Made by a program: the position numbers and the translations under genes
Source of the DNA: an uncultured delta proteobacterium
Lineage (GTDB): Bacteria > Myxococcota_A > UBA9160 > UBA4427
DNA: 64,000 nt
NCBI GenBank assembly: GCA_963822965.1
Contig: CAWGJT010000007.1
Location: 45,865 to 109,864 of the forward strand
Direction of reading: 5' to 3'
The notes under the pieces: model-generated
What the model was told of the DNA's origin: nothing
The model's database searches: none
Seen by the model: only the letters and a program-made list of their open reading frames with translations
Shown: piece by piece, positions 63,557 through 64,000 of the stretch
How the letters are laid out: the number at the start of each line of letters is the position of its first letter
How positions within the stretch are numbered: the stretch's first letter is position 1

Positions 63557-64000
63557 CTACCAGGGATCGGCGAAGGCTGGCGTCTGGTCGAAGTCGTCGC
63601 CCGCTGAGTCTCCGGCGACGCGTACCGCTCCAGCCTGCCCCGGAAGGATGGGTGGGGCGCGCGACGGGAGGCCCACGCACTCGAGGATCTTTGCTGCGAC
63701 CTCGGGGTCCTCGATCGCAGCGAGCAGGCGCAGGCGGGCGCCGCAGTCGGGGCAGCGGAGCGCGTCCACCTCGAAGACGCGCATCAGCAGCCTTGCCCAG
63801 CGCATGCGGTACGCGCGCTTCCGCTCCTCGTCGCCGGCAGCCTGACCATCGGCCGGCTGCCCCGATGTGCCTCGCTCCGGCTCCCCGCGCTGCTCGCTCA
63901 CGTCCGGCTCGGCAACCGCATCGCCGGGCACGACGCGGTCGCGCAGGCTGGCGGCCGGGGCGAGGATGCCGTGGTACCGGACCTGGTGGGCGCGGGGCTG
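63557..64000 (-). CDS. IS91/ISCR-family rolling-circle (HUH) transposase, C-terminal part
   Basis: HQVRYHGILAP, WARLLMRVFEVDALRCPDCGARLRLLAAIEDPEVAAKILECVGLP; gene continues beyond the window. Confidence 0.85.
   Translation of the reverse strand, partial: QPRAHQVRYHGILAPAASLRDRVVPGDAVAEPDVSEQRGEPERGTSGQPADGQAAGDEERKRAYRMRWARLLMRVFEVDALRCPDCGARLRLLAAIEDPEVAAKILECVGLPSRAPPILPGQAGAVRVAGDSAGDDFDQTPAFADPW

Overview
High-GC bacterial DNA. The PEP-CTERM proteins and gene content suggest Myxococcota/Deltaproteobacteria (inference). Many single-base frameshifts suggest an imperfectly polished long-read assembly. The left part (1-29 kb) carries general-stress and envelope genes (BON/OsmY, ElaB/YqjE/CsbD-like cluster, ECF sigma factor, glycosyltransferases), an acyl-CoA ligase/TetR/2-oxoacid:ferredoxin oxidoreductase locus, LemA/M48 peptidase, an M16 peptidase and an amidohydrolase. 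The right part (29-64 kb) is a mosaic of unrelated cargo genes and gene fragments. The main signal there is at least six directly oriented copies of an ~85-bp module (29058, 33578, 42354, 44113, 54331/57426, 61808/63378). Each copy consists of a 29-bp segment resembling an IS91/ISCR oriIS end, a 28-bp XerC/XerD (dif-like) site and a GC-rich tail. The last copy lies just downstream of an IS91-family rolling-circle transposase. IS1202-family elements have inserted exactly 5 bp from the XerC arm of two copies, and the copies furthest from the transposase are the most degenerate. I infer an integron-like gene-cassette array built by HUH rolling-circle mobilisation plus host XerCD recombination; this is a hypothesis, not a demonstrated system. 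An IS110 recombinase with an in-frame palindromic insertion and several tRNA-like att remnants are also present.
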